NCBI GenBank assembly: GCA_964019335.1
Contig: OZ025712.1
Location: 186,001 to 250,000 of the forward strand
DNA length: 64,000 nucleotides
DNA from: Diplonema japonicum
Lineage: Eukaryota > Protista > Euglenozoa: Diplonemea
Reading direction: 5' to 3'
The notes under the pieces were generated by a model, which was given only the letters and a program-made list of their open reading frames with translations, was not told where the DNA came from and ran no database searches. This document shows, one piece after another, positions 1 through 10,615 of this stretch. Every line of letters starts with the position of its first letter. Within the stretch, counting starts at the first letter, position 1. A program made the position numbers and the translations under genes.

Positions 1-4
1 TGCT

Positions 5-204
5 NNNNNNNNNNNNNNNNNNNNNNNNNNNNNNNNNNNNNNNNNNNNNNNNNNNNNNNNNNNNNNNNNNNNNNNNNNNNNNNNNNNNNNNNNNNNNNNN
101 NNNNNNNNNNNNNNNNNNNNNNNNNNNNNNNNNNNNNNNNNNNNNNNNNNNNNNNNNNNNNNNNNNNNNNNNNNNNNNNNNNNNNNNNNNNNNNNNNNNN
201 NNNN
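5..204. other. Assembly gap (200 N)
   Basis: Run of N directly in the sequence. Confidence 0.99.
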
Positions 205-320
205 GTTCTGCGTTGTGTCCTTTGTGCGGTGTACTCAACCCCAGCCGGGTCAGCTCTCGTGCAGTTTGCTGACTGTTCGTCACCCTGAGCATCTGTATTG
301 TGTTATTCCACTCGCTACCG
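205..320. repeat. SINE-like dispersed repeat, copy 1 (partial, next to gap)
   Basis: Aligns by eye to 1871-2015 (shared blocks gtgtcc..tgcggtgt.ctcaacc, ctcgtgcagtttgctg.ctgttcgtcaccctgagcatctg, ttccactcg..ctaccg). Confidence 0.8.
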
Positions 321-746
321 AGAGAAGAAAATAAAGAAAAAAAAAAAAAAAAAAAAACCTTAACTGCCAAATGGAGCCATTGTTTTAGACAAATAGCTTT
401 TTTTTTTTTCCTTCTTTCTTTTCTTCATATACCATAGTTGCGATTAGTCATTCGATCTACTTTGGAGGCCGATTGGAAATCATAGATAAGCCGATCTCAT
501 AGGGGAGAGAACATCATGGAAAGAAGAGGAGAAAAAAAAAAAAAAACACTATGAAAAAAGCATCACACGGCCCTCATCATTAAGAAAGTCTGGGGAAAGG
601 CACAGTGGATCAGGAGCTGAAACGACTTCACACTGTTGGCGCTTTCCATTTTTTTTTTTTTGTTTGTATTGCTAGCAGTTGAAAGGAATATCGGCTATTA
701 TTTCTTTTTTTTTCTTCCCTTCGTTCTCGTCGTTGCTCGGTGCGGG

Positions 747-751
<5 letters not shown>

Positions 752-781
<30 letters not shown>
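752..781. repeat. (GT)n microsatellite
   Basis: Perfect tg dinucleotide run of about 30 bp. Confidence 0.95.
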
Positions 782-782
<1 letters not shown>

Positions 783-1732
783 ATTCTCCTCCCCCTTCTT
801 AATTTCGGAGTTATATAAAAAAAAAAAAAGCATAACGATTTCCCTACCCTCCCTGTTTTCCCTCAACCTTTGCGGACATAAACAACAGCCTTCATCCAAA
901 AAAAAAAAAAAAAAAAAAAGAAAAAAAGAAAAGAAAGAAAAAAAAAAAGAATAAAAGAAAGCTCGGAGCAGGTCATTCCACCTGTATTTCTTTTTTTAAA
1001 AAGTTCTTCACATGGGAGCGGTGCCGGGGGTGGGGTGGGGTGAGAGCCAAGTTTATTAGCTACAGACAGACGGTTGAGGCGGTAGGGCACACGAGAAAAA
1101 AAAGAAATGTCTAAAAAAGAAATAGATAGCCTGGTGAAAAGGGGATGCACTACGAGCGGTGCTTACCCACCTTTTTTTTTTTTTTTTAAAGTTGCCATGA
1201 GAAAAAAAAAAAAGATTTTTCTTTGAGGGTGGAGGTAGGTAAGCGCAAAAAAAAAGAAAAAAAAAAAAAAAAAAAAAAAAGTAGTTAAAACAACAAAGGG
1301 GAGGGAGGAGGTGAACTCGTGACTACATTACTGAAAAAAAAAAAAATGAAAAAAAAAGAACCCTAATGATGCTCCCCTTTTGGAGGGTCACGACTTACGT
1401 TCTTGCAAGCTGGGAGGAAGAGGAGGAGGAGGGGTGAAACAAAAAAATATTTCGCTGCACTCTCGGCAGCTCACTCTCTCCCTTCCCCCCAAAAAAAAGG
1501 AAGAGGAAAAAAAAAGGGGGGGGGAAAGAACACAATTATTCCGGGACTTTACATTTCCCCCCCTTCCCTTATTACGTGTACTCTTAGTTTTAAAAAAAAA
1601 AAAAAAACCTGTGTGAACGAGGGGGAGAAAAAAAAAAAAAAAGTGTAGTTCTTATTTATTATTTTTTTATTTTTTTTTTTTTTTTTTGGATACATCATGC
1701 TTAGTTTTCGGACGCAGTAAAAAAAAGGGGAA

Positions 1733-1765
<33 letters not shown>

Positions 1766-1768
<3 letters not shown>

Positions 1769-2023
1769 GGCTTTGATTGCAACACTAGGTGGCGTTAAGC
1801 GTGCAACGAAGCACGAAATACCTACTTGATTACAGGGGGCGCTCCTCGGCCGAGCAGTAGCTTCTTCTGCGTTCCGCGTCGTGTCCTTAATGCATGCGGT
1901 GTGCTCAACCCTAGCCGGGGCGTCCCGGGTAACCAAGATTCTGCGCTCGTGCAGTTTGCTGCCTGTTCGTCACCCTGAGCATCTGCGATACGTTCTTCCA
2001 CTCGGGCGCTACCGGTGATGACC
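1766..2023. repeat. SINE-like dispersed repeat, copy 2 (longest, ~260 bp)
   Basis: Complex island between A runs. Its right part matches 205-320 and 57563-57597, and its left end matches 9911-9953. Confidence 0.8.
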
Positions 2024-2066
2024 AAAAAAAAAAAAAGAAGAAAAAAAAAAATCTTTTTTTCCACCA

Positions 2067-3023
2067 TCACCGACCGTCTGCCTCGTCGTAACCAGGAGAA
2101 TCATCAACCCCGCTAGAGTCGGGGGAATCCCTACCTTTGCACCCACCTTCACCTTCTCTTATAGATAGAAGCAACGCAAGGCACGCAGGTAGGTTCGTGT
2201 CTGTGTCTATTTTTAGGTTTTTTTGCATCGTCACCTCCAGCCCGAAAGCAGTGATGTGCCCCGCAAGTAGACAAGCAAGCGCAGTTACGCAGGACGGGAA
2301 TCTCGCAAAATCTGTAAATAAACGAACCAATACGATATCGTAGAAACGAGGGGTGTGGTCAATGAGGTTTTCCGTAGACAGGAGCCTAGCCGTATCGAAG
2401 GGGATACCCTTCACTGCTGCGCACGCCTGTTGGATTTCAGCCTCGGAAACGAGTTTTGGCCCGGTCAGTAAAATTAGATCCGACAGCGCAACCACATCCC
2501 TGTGCCGATTGACGAACGAAACCCAACACAGCAAATGGTCCCACATGGTCACCATGTGAAGGTTGTGATCTATATCTTGCATTGTCTGGATTTCAACTCT
2601 AAACAGTGCCTTTGCATCGATGCCAAAATATACCCCAAGTGCTTCAAGAGATGGGGCTACCGCCTCTTCAAGTTTAACAGCTAGAACAACTGCACATATA
2701 CACCGAGGGTGGAAGTCTTCAAGCTTCACATGAACCTTTTGCATGACCTCGTCGATGTACCATAAGGCGAGGGATGATGTTCTGCTGCTGTACCGGCGTT
2801 CGGAGAGAGCGGCGAGGTCATTGGTGTACTTTCTGATGGTGGTGATGACGTCGGCTCTTCTGTCGCTGTACCGTTTGTTCTCCGGAAGCGGCGTGCGTTC
2901 GATGGTGCTGCCCTTGCCGTCCTCTTCCCACGAAAACGCGACCAGCAGACTGTTTAATTCGTCGGAAGCATCATTAGTTGGCGAGACCCGCGAGGACACA
3001 TACGGCACAACAGAGATGGACAT
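2067..3023 (-). CDS. Cyclin-family protein (~318 aa)
   Basis: Cyclin box: RRADVI..SSRTSSLALWYID..ICAVVLAVKLEE..LFRVEIQTMQDIDHNL..TMWDHL. First ATG at 3023. Confidence 0.8.
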   Translation of the reverse strand: MSISVVPYVSSRVSPTNDASDELNSLLVAFSWEEDGKGSTIERTPLPENKRYSDRRADVITTIRKYTNDLAALSERRYSSRTSSLALWYIDEVMQKVHVKLEDFHPRCICAVVLAVKLEEAVAPSLEALGVYFGIDAKALFRVEIQTMQDIDHNLHMVTMWDHLLCWVSFVNRHRDVVALSDLILLTGPKLVSEAEIQQACAAVKGIPFDTARLLSTENLIDHTPRFYDIVLVRLFTDFARFPSCVTALACLLAGHITAFGLEVTMQKNLKIDTDTNLPACLALLLSIREGEGGCKGRDSPDSSGVDDSPGYDEADGR

Positions 3024-3125
3024 GTCACCATTACCACCCACCCCCTTTGAAAAATACTAAAATTTTGTATTTAAAAAAAAAAAATTGTAAGAATTTTACA
3101 TGGTGGGCAGGGGGACGGGGATTCT

Positions 3126-3157
<32 letters not shown>

Positions 3158-3162
<5 letters not shown>

Positions 3163-4465
3163 TCGCCGAGCCTTTTCTTGACCGTTCCTGGTCGTCGTCG
3201 TGGGCTGGGGACGACGTTGGTATCAACCCGCCGCCGCCCGCCTTTTGAATATAGTCCGTGTAGGGGTTTTCATCGTCTGTAGCACCGTAGTTGACTCTGA
3301 GCTGGGTTGGGACGTTTGAACGGGGGTCGCGGTTGGCTGGTTCTGATCGGCGCATGGCCTCTGAAAGAAGTGTTTTTGCGTCGTCGGAAAAAGAGTTTCT
3401 TTGCAGTTGCAGAGTGACGAGGGTCTTGCTGTCTGCTATCATATCTGCCAACGGTTGGGCGACCGCCGCGGAGATCTTGTTGTGGGAGAGGTCCAGGTGT
3501 CGGAGCGTGGTGTTCTTCATCATACCCTTCGCGATCGCCTCCGCACCCACATCGCCGATGTCATTGTTCGACAGGTTCACCTTTTCCAAAGTCGGAATTG
3601 AAATTTCAAGAACCTTCGCAAAATCCGATGCGCCGGTGTCGCCGATAATGTTGTGAGCCAGGTTGAGGAACTTCAAACAGGTTTTCCCTGTTAGGAGCGC
3701 GACGGATAACTTTCCCAACCCGTCGGATCCCAGACTGTTCCATGAAACATTTAGATCCACGATTAGCTCTTTGTCTTGTAAAAGCCCTGCTAGCGCTGCA
3801 GCGCCGCCTTTTCCAATATCGTTGTGCCAGAGGCAAAGGGTGGTGTGGATTTCTTTGTTGCCCCATTTTTGCCATGCTTCGCAGATGTGAGTTGCACCTT
3901 CGTCTCCAAGTGACCCTTGTCCTCCAAGGTCTAGTGTGAAGAAAGGGTGTCGTTGCATTGCGGACGATAGGGATTTTGCTCCCCGGTGGCCGATTTTGTT
4001 CCATGAAAGGTTTATTTTGCAGAGTTCTTGGTTTATTCGCAAGACGTTGCCCATTGCTTGTGCGGAGGTGCAGGTTAGTAGGTTTCCCAGTGCGTTGAGG
4101 TCGGTTAGGGTTCTGTTGACGAGGAGTGCGCCAGACAGCGCGAGGCCACCGCCGTCGCCTATTCCGTTGCAGGAGATGTTCAATATCATTATGGATGTGT
4201 TTACCTTTATGCCCTGGGCGAGGTATTTAGCGCCCATGTCCCCCATGTTGTTGTGGCTGAAGTCGATGCTTGTGATGCAGTTGTTCTTTTCCAGTGCTTT
4301 GGAGACCACCATGACGCCGTCCCAGCCGATCATCTTCCCGGGGAGGAGGTCGAATGTTGTTTTTGTTTTGAGCCAGTTCGACCATTTCCCCTTGAACTCC
4401 TTCTCGAGCTTCTTTGTCTTAGGGAATTTTCCAGGGGCCTGAACCTTATCCTTTTTCTTGCCCAT
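3158..4465 (-). CDS. Ribonuclease-inhibitor-like leucine-rich repeat protein (435 aa)
   Basis: About 11 LxxLxLxxNxIGDxGAxxLA repeats. ATG preceded by an A run. Confidence 0.9.
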
Positions 4466-4544
4466 TGTTTTTTTTTTTTTTTTTTACAAAAAAAAAAAAA
4501 TACCCCCTCTTTTTTGTTTCGGGAAAAAAAAAAAAAAAAAAAAA

Positions 4545-5536
4545 TGGGCCACTGCAGTGACAAAGGTCGGGGGGGTCTCCTCGTTCTTGCGCCTGGCAAT
4601 TGTGGCGGCCGCGTCAACCCACTGGTTCGCAAGCGCTTCAGCTAGTACGGGGGACTCCCCCACCGACGTGTTGAAGTCGCCTGTGATCGCCACTGGGACT
4701 TCCCCTAGCTCACACATCGTCCGGGTCTGCGGGCCCCGGGTTGGGGTGAATGTCACCATGTGTGAGGAGCCTCCTACGGGCTTCGCCTGCAATCGATTTC
4801 CTCGAGCGCTTGGCAATGTATCGGCAGCTTCGTGGCAACGCCATCGGCCGGCAGCGGGAGTATAATGCGCCGTTGGAGGGAGCACCAAACCAGTCGGAGG
4901 GTACGCAGCGTGGGCTGAGGAGTGAGAGAGCGTCGAGGGTAATCCCGTCCAGCGTGATCAGTGTGACAAGCGCGAAAAGGAAGAGGAGCAGGGGACGGAG
5001 CAGGGAGCCTGACCACGCAGATAGTCAGTTGAATTCATCCTGCGTGATCGCCGCTACGTCCATAAGTGCTGCTGGTCAGCGTCCCTCTTACGCGTGGGGG
5101 AGACGGATTCGGCAGCCGCGCGTTCAGCTTCAGCCTCCGCTTTAGCCTTCGCGAGCGGGGACAGTGGAAATTCGGAGCATGATCGCCAGGCCGATGGGAG
5201 TGACCGTGAGCCGTCGCACGCTGTGCCGTCCTCTCCACCCGCCAGACGTTGCTCCTCACGACCTCGTACACCCCCTGCTTGTCCCTTGCTGCTAGCATGG
5301 CCATCCTGGCTATTGCCTCCCCGTCCGACGTCTTCGCCCATTGCGCGGCGGCGCAGAACTTCTTGGCGATAATCGCCACGAGGACAACGGACCTGTTAGT
5401 CCTCGTTTGGGGCTTGTCGCCGTCGGCCATCACAGGGTCGTAGTGCTCGCCGGCAGTCCAGAGGGCCTTGATGCCTCTGCTGGTGGGGGTTGCGACTTCC
5501 CTAGCGGCCTCGAACAGGGTTTTCGAGACGACGCGG
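4545..5536 (-). mobile_element. Decayed non-LTR retrotransposon (LINE), 5' part with APE endonuclease remnant
   Basis: GC-rich island with broken frames. Minus-strand peptide ELGEVPVAITGDFN..ALANQWVDAA..TPPTF matches APE-endonuclease motifs (GDFN, PTF). Ends abruptly at a homopolymer. Confidence 0.7.
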
Positions 5537-5693
5537 TTTTTTATAAATATATTTAAATATTTTATATTTTATTATTTTTATTTGTTTTTTTTGTTGAGTT
5601 TATAGTATGACTGATGTACCACGTCACCTCCCGTGTAGTAAGGGTAGTAGAGAACCCCGTTAACGCCTTTATTTATCAGCCACGGGGAGCGAC

Positions 5694-5741
5694 CAATAAA
5701 GTACAGAAAAAAAAAAAAAAAAAAAAAAAAAAAAACGTTGG
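5694..5741 (-). other. Relic spliced-leader (SL) exon sequence
   Basis: Minus strand reads CCAACG-T29-CTGTACTTTATTG, then GT. TTTCTGTACTTTATTG is the conserved 3' end of euglenozoan SL, and CCAACG matches the diplonemid SL start (AACCAACG). Confidence 0.7.
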
Positions 5742-5785
5742 AATTTTTTTTGTTTCGGGTATTTTTTTTTTTTTTTTTTTTTTTT

Positions 5786-6226
5786 TTATATCTTTGCTTG
5801 TTGTGTGAGGTACCAGTCTTCGAATCCTCCTTTCTTTGTCCAGCTGTGGGCTATGACTCTCCTCTCGAATTTCCATTCTCCGTTGGAGTTCTTTGCGATG
5901 AGATCTTCGTGGGTTCCATAGGAAACAACGTCAGGGCCCACTTCGCCTCTCCAGTAGGACCTGTTTAACACTTTTCCATCAATCACCTTCAATACAATAT
6001 TGCCCTCCCAGTGCATGCACCCTTGGAATTGGTCACAAATAGTGCCTGGGAGGCCTGTGATGTCGGCGTAGCAAAGGGTTTTCCCTATTTTGAGGATTTT
6101 ACAGGTTCCTGAATCCAGGAATAGTTTTTGCATCCCTGGCCCGTCCCGCCTGTCCATGGTGTGTAGGAACTCATGCAGAAGGTTTGTTATTGCAAGCTGG
6201 TCCTCCGCAGTTAATGGGTTTGCCAT
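5786..6226 (-). CDS. SnoaL-like / NTF2-fold protein (146 aa)
   Basis: MANPLTAEDQLAITNLLHEFLHTMDRRD..LF..H..GN..G.HEDL...NGEWKFERRVI, a typical SnoaL_4 pattern. ATG follows a long A run. Confidence 0.8.
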   Translation of the reverse strand: MANPLTAEDQLAITNLLHEFLHTMDRRDGPGMQKLFLDSGTCKILKIGKTLCYADITGLPGTICDQFQGCMHWEGNIVLKVIDGKVLNRSYWRGEVGPDVVSYGTHEDLIAKNSNGEWKFERRVIAHSWTKKGGFEDWYLTQQAKI

Positions 6227-6280
<54 letters not shown>

Positions 6281-6458
6281 CCTTTCTTTCACCCCTTTTC
6301 TTTTTCCTCGTATGCGTATTTTAGACGACAAAAAAAAATGTATGTTTTCGTGTTATTTACGGGAACTACCCCCCCTTTTTTTTATACTCTCCCGAGTTTC
6401 TTTTCTTTTTTTTTTTTTTTTTTTTTTTTTTTCAAAAAAAAAAAAAAAAAACATTTTT

Positions 6459-8284
6459 CTAGTAACATTCTTGCATGGATATAGTGCCTTTTAAGTTTTC
6501 GTTGAGTAACCGTTCCGATATTTGGTTTTCTGTTGCAAAAAAAAAAAAAAAAAAAAAAAAAAACTTTTTTTTCAAAAAAAAAAAAGGGAAAACCAACGTA
6601 CAAGGCAACCAAATAACTTTTTTCCACCGTTGCCTTAAACCTCCAACTTTTTTTCCACCATCCACGGTAACCTGCAACTTTTTCTCCACCGCCCACGGTA
6701 ACCACAACTTTTTTTTCCACTTTTTACTGCAACCACCAACAATTTCCCTTATGCAACCACTAACTTTTTTTCCACCGTCCACGGTAACCTCCGATATTTT
6801 TATGCCTTAGTGGGTTTTACGAAATGTAGCGAGGGGGGGGGCAAAACATGAAGTCATAGCAAAAGAAAAGGAAAAAAGACCTTTTAAGAGAAATGGATGA
6901 CTACCCTGAAGGCTGGGACTACAACCGGGACAGCACTTCTTACAAGTTGCTGCATTTATTTTCCCTTTCTCTCTCACTTCGCTTCCTCTGTGCTGGCCTA
7001 TCTGTAACTTCGTGACAACAGGGGGCTTGAAGTCATCCTTGGCATATTCACAGGCAGGGGGGCGAGGGGTGGAGAAGTACATCAGACGCCAGATACCTCG
7101 GCTTTGGCTTTAAATCGTCTTTGGAAATCGCCCTTGCCAACTTCCAGGAGAAATTCTTGGTGTCTTTTTCGAGCCCTGGCTGTGCCTACACGTTTTTCCC
7201 AAGTGCACACACACCTCCACCGTGGACGTTGAAAAAAAAGTTGTGGGTTTCCGTGGACGGTGGAAAAAAAGTTCTTACTTACATGGTTTAGTGGAAATAA
7301 AAAAATAGGTTACCGTAAACAGTGGTGGAAATTCTGCTTACAGACTTGAGTGGAAAAAAGTTATTTGGTTACCATGTACGTTGTTCTTCTCAAAAAAAAA
7401 AAAAAAAAAAAAGAAATCCAAGACATACTACTCAAGACAGGCCGACACCCTTCCCGAATCCTGACCTTGTCGGTTATCGTGTTGCCAGTAAAGGTACCAG
7501 CCGCTCCGTTTGATACAGTGACCCCCCAGTAGCCAGACGCGTGGACGTTGTTGTTCTTAAAAACAACCGTGGCGGACTTGTCAATGTGCACAGCGGTGCC
7601 TGTACAAGAGGAGAAAGTACACGAGGACAAGGTAGGGGTGGCCGGCGGGTCAGACGGAGATGAAGGAGGGACAGAACAGAAAATATAGGCACCGGTGGCC
7701 AGCGTGTTGAAGAGGTTCTTGTGGAACTTTGTTGCCGAATTGTCACACGTAACACCCGCAGTCAAAGCCCCCCCATCACCTTGGAAGGTACACCCTTCAA
7801 CAACACCCTTTGCCTGAGGAAAACAGTAGACACAGCTTTTAACATTTTTTCTGAAAACGCAATTTTTTACCGTCCCGTCTACCCCCGGGTGGAGGGTCAG
7901 CAAATTGTTACCATCTTCGAAAATGCAGTCGAGGAAAGCCCATCCTGTTGATTTCCCCACAACACTGTCCCCCTTTAATGTGATGCCTTTTATCGCCACT
8001 TTTGAACCGACTTCCACGCCTTTGCTCCAAACAACATTCTCGCCTTGAACCTCTAGGCCGGCAGGAAGGTCTTCCAACACAATTCTGTCCTCATACACCC
8101 CAGGCATCACAATGATATTTTCAGAGTCGGGGGTTACAAGGCCCACCGCCTGTGCCATGTCCTGCACCTGGCTCCACCCGCCCACTAAGATCGTTTTCTT
8201 GCCATCCGGACGCTCTGGTTCGACTTCCACCTCCTTTTTGTCGTCTTTCTTGTCATCTTTTTTCTTGCCTCTTTTGGGCGGCAT
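6459..8284 (-). CDS. Right-handed beta-helix (pectin lyase-like) protein, 2 exons (~308 aa)
   Basis: Exons 8284-7429 and 6529-6459; intron 7428-6530 (GTATGT...CAACAG). Splicing gives PVLSKNQIS, continuing the beta-helix repeat pattern (PGVYED, TVKNCVF, VVEGCTF, TFTGNTI). Confidence 0.8.
6594..7383. mobile_element. Non-autonomous DNA transposon (MITE/foldback-like) inside an intron
   Basis: About 35-bp TIRs caacgtaca(a/t)gg(c/t)aaccaaataacttttttccac with 2 mismatches. Arrays of aacttttttccacc..ccacggtaacc subterminal repeats lie in opposite orientation on each arm. Confidence 0.85.
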
Positions 8285-9910
8285 TTTTTTTTTTTTTTCC
8301 CTCTCCTTTTGTTTAAGTAAAAAGAAGGGGGGGGGAAAGAAAGATAGTAAACTAAAAAGGGGGGGGGGGGAGAAAGTATAAAATTCAGAAAGTGGTGATT
8401 ATTTTATGCCCCCCCCCCGCCCCTCCCCCACCGCAGTGAATTGATCTTCTGTTCGGTGATGCCATGACGGCTTTTTTCATTAAAAAAAAAACTGGAGGCC
8501 AACCCAAAAGGGTGATTTCTCGCATCCCCCGAAGAGTCTTTTGATTATTTGTGCATGCTGTTTTCACCCACAGTAACAGTAAGGATAAAACAGAAAAAAC
8601 AGCCTGCATTTCTACTCTTTTTTTTTTTTTTTTTCTCCAATAAAACAATTTCTTTTTTAAAAATTGCTTACTTGTTCCAGCAAAAAAAAAAAAAAAAAAA
8701 GAAAAGAAAAAACGTTGAGAGGGATAAGAGAGAAAAAAAAAAAAAAAAAGAAGAAAAAAAAATAAGAAGGGGGCATGAGAAGCGTAATTTATCTTGTGCA
8801 AAGCGCAGAAGGTCAAAATTGTGAGAGAGAGAGGGAAAAGAAAAAGCTGAAGATGTCGAGGTGCTACCCCCCCCACCCTGCCAGCTGTTTCAAAATGCAA
8901 AAAAAAAAAAAAAAAAAAAGAGAGACATTTAAAAAGAGGATCTACACCTAATTGACCACTTCTAAACGTGATAACATGCATAGTATGTGCAGCGCAGCTC
9001 AGTTTCACCACCCCCTTCTCCAAATCACTTGCTTCTTCTTTTTTTTTTTTTTTTTTTTTTTTTGTTCATTCTTGGTTATACAGCGTAAAGCGAAACCAAA
9101 CACTGTTTTCTACTTTATTATTGCGTTGTTCAACAGGGGAAAAAAAAGGGGGGGGTGAACGAAGGAGAGAAAAAAATGAAAGGAAGCGACTTTTTTCTGT
9201 TCAAGAGGGAACAAAAAGGGGGGGGTTGAAGGGGGGGGGGGGGGGGGGGGGAAGAAGAAAAAGAAGGTTCTAGGGGAAAAAGCTGAGATAAAACTTTTTT
9301 TTTCTTTTATGTCTCACTTTTTCAATTTATCAGTTCCCCTCTCCCCCCCATTATTCCTTATTCCCTTCTCTTTCCAGTTTGCATCCTTCTCATGCCCTTT
9401 TTCCGATCCTTGTTCCAAAAAAGTCAAGGAAAACAGAAAAAAGGGAGAAGAAGAAAAAAGGAAGGGGAGGGGAGAGGGAGGGGGGGGGGGGGGGGGGGGG
9501 AAAGAAGAAGAAAAAAAACTGGGTGATGAAAATAATACCAGGAAAATTTATAAAAAAAAAAGAAAGAGGCCTTTATTTCCCTAGCCGGCGGGCCCAGCGG
9601 AGGGATATTAAGTTTTTTCTTTTTCTTTTTCTTTTTTCTTTTTTTTTTTTAAAGGTTCCCAATAAAAAAAAAATACAGATTTAAAAGAATAAAAGGAGGG
9701 AAAGGAGGACTAACGGAGAAAAAGAAGAAACGGAAACATAACTTAAGATAAGGAGGGGAAGGAAAGAAAAGAGAGAGAGAGACAGAGAAAAAGGTTTTCT
9801 TAATCTTCTTTACTTTAATTCAAAATTCGTTTTTGGCAGATGTTTCACGTATCTGCATATTCCATGTTTGTTTTTTTTTTTTTTTTTTTTTTTTTTACAT
9901 TGAAGATAAA

Positions 9911-9953
9911 TGTGGCTTTGGTTGCAACACTATTTGGCGTTAAGTGAGCAGCG
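9911..9953. repeat. SINE-like repeat, copy 3 (end fragment)
   Basis: tgtggctttggttgcaacactatttggcgttaagtgagca versus 1766 tggggctttgattgcaacactaggtggcgttaagcgtgca. Confidence 0.7.
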
Positions 9954-10061
9954 GGTGATAAAAAAAAGAAAGAAAGAAAGAAAAAGAGACATAAAGGATA
10001 AAAAGAGACATAAAGGAAAAGGACGTCTCTATTGAAGAAAATGGGAGGAGTGTATTTCGAG

Positions 10062-10115
<54 letters not shown>

Positions 10116-10417
10116 ATTTTTTTTCATAAAAAAAATACATCGTTGTATTTTACTGTCGAGCTGTTTTCGGATGAAAATTTTTACACCGTTTGTCTCCATT
10201 CAAAACACCCTCTTCTCATTGAGTCCTGCAAGGACACCGCCGCCCCTCAGGTCGTCCAGGTACTCACAACAAGACTGTAAAGATGATCCGATCAATTGGG
10301 GTCTTCCTCGTACCAATAAGGTAAGATGGCATGGAGGCCTCATGGATCGCTTAAAATGACTGTGGGAGTGAATAGAAGCCAAAATTTCAAAGAGAAAGCA
10401 GCTTGTAAGTAAATTTA

Positions 10418-10449
<32 letters not shown>

Positions 10450-10577
10450 AGAAATGCTACAACAAAAAAAAAAAAAAAAAAAAAAAACAACAGAGTAAAA
10501 CTTCTCCAGTAAAAACGAGAGAGCCCTGCTTCCAGAAGCACATTGCACTGATTAGGGGCGCACTCCGTGCTAGGTAG

Positions 10578-10615
<38 letters not shown>

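Noticed and set aside
636-1785. Many 60-200 aa ORFs rich in K/F/G/P here and in other spacers
   Set aside because: They are translations of homopolymer and microsatellite runs.
1830-1980. HDV-like P3/L3 (GGC-GCTCCTCG-GCC) in the SINE-like repeat
   Set aside because: No clean P1 or J1/4 GG could be built.
1985-2020. tRNA A-box-like (GGTAGCG..CCGAGTGG) and 5.8S-like (GAAGAACG) words in the SINE-like repeat
   Set aside because: No cloverleaf, B box or extended rRNA match.
6610-6800. CRISPR-like short repeat array
   Set aside because: Degenerate units without unique spacers, mirrored at 7220-7383 as transposon subterminal repeats. Eukaryotic context with no cas genes.
9102-9123. Weak SL-like word ctgttttctactttatt
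   Set aside because: Too degenerate for AT-rich DNA and on the opposite strand.
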